Shown here piece by piece: positions 62,148 to 64,000 of a DNA stretch of 64,000 nt (within the stretch, counting starts at the first letter, position 1; every line of letters starts with the position of its first letter). Source of the DNA: an uncultured delta proteobacterium (GTDB lineage Bacteria > Myxococcota_A > Polyangia > Polyangiales > Polyangiaceae); NCBI GenBank assembly GCA_963806225.1, contig CAWDXG010000004.1, positions 3,296,001 to 3,360,000 on the forward strand, given 5' to 3'. The position numbers and the translations under genes were made by a program. The notes under the pieces were generated by a model. It worked only from the letters and a program-made list of their open reading frames with translations, searched no databases and was not told the DNA's origin.

Positions 62148-62825
62148 TCACGGCTCGCCGATCGCGCGGCGCGCTTCGGCGGCGTAGAGCCCCGAGGGAT
62201 CCTCGGCCAGAAGCGCGCGCGCGGTCCGATGCGCTTCCGCCGTCCTGCCAAGGCGGCCGAGCGCGCGCGTGACGAGCATCTCGCGCGCCTGGCGCAGCTG
62301 TCCCGCCGGAAAGCGACGCGCGTGCTCGCGGCCGAGGCGAAGTGCCTGCTCGGCATCACCGCGCGACAACGCGCGCTCGGCGGCATCCACCAGCAGAGTC
62401 TCGGCCGGCAGGTCGCTCGACGAGGAGCGTGCGGCAGGCGCGGGCGCTTCGAGCGGAAGGTCGTCGATCTGCAGGGGCGGCGAAGCCGATGGCAGCGGCG
62501 CGCGACGCGGCGCCGGGACCTGGCCCGCGTGCGCTGGCGCCGTCAGCACCACGCGTTGCGGGGCAGGCGCGTGATGCGTCGAGTGCACCCAGGCGTGTGC
62601 GGCAAGCGCGCCGGCCACTCCCACGGCCAGCGTCGCGGCGACCTTGAAAGCCAGCAGCGACGGCGCGCCGCCTCCGGGCAGAGCCGCAAGCCGCGACGCG
62701 CTCCCGAGGATGCGTCCGTGCACTTCAGGGGGCATGGCAGGCAGCGCTGCAGCCGCGCGAAGCAGCTCGCGCGCGCCCGCCGGAGCGTCGCTTCCCGGCT
62801 CGAGCCAGCGGCGCGGAGCCGTCAC
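62148..62825 (-). CDS. Putative anti-sigma factor (TM helix plus C-terminal TPR-like region)
   Basis: GTGA overlap with the ECF sigma stop; L.AE..LV.AA..AL.RGD..AL....H.RRFP.GQL TPR-like motif, related to the C-terminus of 45857..47068. Confidence 0.7.
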   Translation of the reverse strand: MTAPRRWLEPGSDAPAGARELLRAAAALPAMPPEVHGRILGSASRLAALPGGGAPSLLAFKVAATLAVGVAGALAAHAWVHSTHHAPAPQRVVLTAPAHAGQVPAPRRAPLPSASPPLQIDDLPLEAPAPAARSSSSDLPAETLLVDAAERALSRGDAEQALRLGREHARRFPAGQLRQAREMLVTRALGRLGRTAEAHRTARALLAEDPSGLYAAEARRAIGEP

Positions 62826-63376
62826 GAGCGCGCCTCCTCTGCCTCGAGCGCACGCTTGAAGATGTCGCGGGCCGCGTGGATTCGCGAGTGCACCGTTCCG
62901 ACCGGTACGCTCATCAGCTCCGCGATCTCGTCGCAGGAAAGCCCTTCCAACTCGAACAGCACGAAAGCCGCGCGCTTCTCGATGCTCATCGCGTCCAGCG
63001 CGGCGAGCAGTCGCCGCTGCGCGTCCCGACGGCCGAGCTCGGTCTCGGGGGTCTCCGCGTCGTAGCGCTCCTCGGGAGGCGGGTCGGCCGGGCTCTCTCT
63101 CCGGCGCTGCTGCCGGCGCTGGTAGCCTCGTGCAACGCGCAGACAGATGCCGAAAAGCCACGTCGTGATGCGCGCACGCGATGGATCGAAGCTGTCCGCT
63201 CGACGGTGGACGACCAGCAGCACCTCCTGCATGACATCTTCGAGGTCGGCGCCGCGCACGCCGAGCCGCTGCAGCGAGCGCCACAGGAAGGGCCCGTGCT
63301 CGAGGTAGATCCCGCGCGCATCGACCCTGCCCAGCGGCGCATCCAGCCCGACAGGCCGCGGAAGGAATGCGTCCAC
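62822..63376 (-). CDS. ECF-type RNA polymerase sigma-70 factor
   Basis: EDVMQEVLLVVHRR, TTWLFGI, FVLFELEGLS.DEIAELM.VPVGTVHSRI. Confidence 0.9.
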   Translation of the reverse strand: MDAFLPRPVGLDAPLGRVDARGIYLEHGPFLWRSLQRLGVRGADLEDVMQEVLLVVHRRADSFDPSRARITTWLFGICLRVARGYQRRQQRRRESPADPPPEERYDAETPETELGRRDAQRRLLAALDAMSIEKRAAFVLFELEGLSCDEIAELMSVPVGTVHSRIHAARDIFKRALEAEEARS

Positions 63377-63525
63377 ACCCCATGAATGCTCGATAACGCC
63401 GCGAGCTTCACGCCAAATCAGCGATGGGTGACCGGCGGGGAAATTTCCCGAGGCGGCTCGCGTATCACCGGGCTGGTCGGGCCAGCCACGCTCGGATAGG
63501 CTCGATCAGACTCGGGAGGTCAGAC

Positions 63526-64000
63526 GTGCAGCAAGGTCCGCCTGGATATGGGCCGCCGCCGGGAGGCGGCTACGGTGCTCCGCCGGGAGGCGGCGGCTAC
63601 GCGCCACCCCCGGGTGGCTACGGCGCTCCGCCCGGCGGTCAGCCGCCCCAGGGCGGGTACGGCGCGCCTCCTCCGCCGAAGAAGGGGATGAGCGGTCTGA
63701 CGATCGCGCTCATCGTGGTCGGGGGGCTCGCGGTTCTCGGATTCGGCAGCTGCGCGGTGTGCGTCGGAGTCGGCGCCTACGCCGGGAACCAGGCCGCGAC
63801 GGCCCCGCGCCCGGCGCCGGAGGTCGTCGACATCCACACGCTGCTCTCGGAGTACAAGGACAACGAGGTCCGGGCGGACGCCAGCTACAAGTCGAAGTGG
63901 ATCCAGACCGAGGGGCTGGTCAAGGACGTCAAGAAGGACGTGTTCGACCACCCCTACCTGCTGCTAGGGACGGGCGCGTACTTCGAGATCCCCAGGGTGC
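63526..64000 (+). CDS. Membrane protein with Pro/Gly/Tyr-rich N-terminus, TM helix and OB-fold (tRNA_anti-like) domain; runs off the window
   Basis: GGAGGT RBS, GTG 63526; GYGAPPGG repeats; LLSEYKDNEVRADASYKSKWI..EG.V..V. Confidence 0.7.
   Translation, partial: MQQGPPGYGPPPGGGYGAPPGGGGYAPPPGGYGAPPGGQPPQGGYGAPPPPKKGMSGLTIALIVVGGLAVLGFGSCAVCVGVGAYAGNQAATAPRPAPEVVDIHTLLSEYKDNEVRADASYKSKWIQTEGLVKDVKKDVFDHPYLLLGTGAYFEIPRV

Overview
High-GC window whose gene content (MYXO-CTERM-tailed surface proteins, many Cys-rich lipoproteins, ECF sigma/anti-sigma cassettes, pseudokinase-TPR pair, CglF-like protein, RpoH-type sigma) points to a myxobacterium, probably Polyangiaceae/Sorangiineae-like (inference). 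It encodes a complete reductive pyrimidine catabolic set split into three blocks: preT-preA; beta-ureidopropionase-mmsA-class III aminotransferase-hydA; and an NCS1 permease with an ArgE/DapE-type M20 hydrolase. Between these blocks lie cell-surface and signalling genes: two paralogous 7-bladed FG-GAP/Cys-rich/MYXO-CTERM proteins, three hybrid PAS histidine kinases (one coupled to a MetOD1 protein), two ECF cassettes and a SEC-C/RelE-like fusion. Six +1 frameshifts in otherwise intact genes look like sequencing errors. Separately, there are apparent deletion relics (a serpin, several gene stubs), and many genes have a TAnnnT box 6-8 nt upstream of the start codon, suggesting leaderless expression. 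No rRNA, tRNA, CRISPR array, transposase, integrase or reverse transcriptase was recognised. All family assignments come from motif recognition, not database searches.
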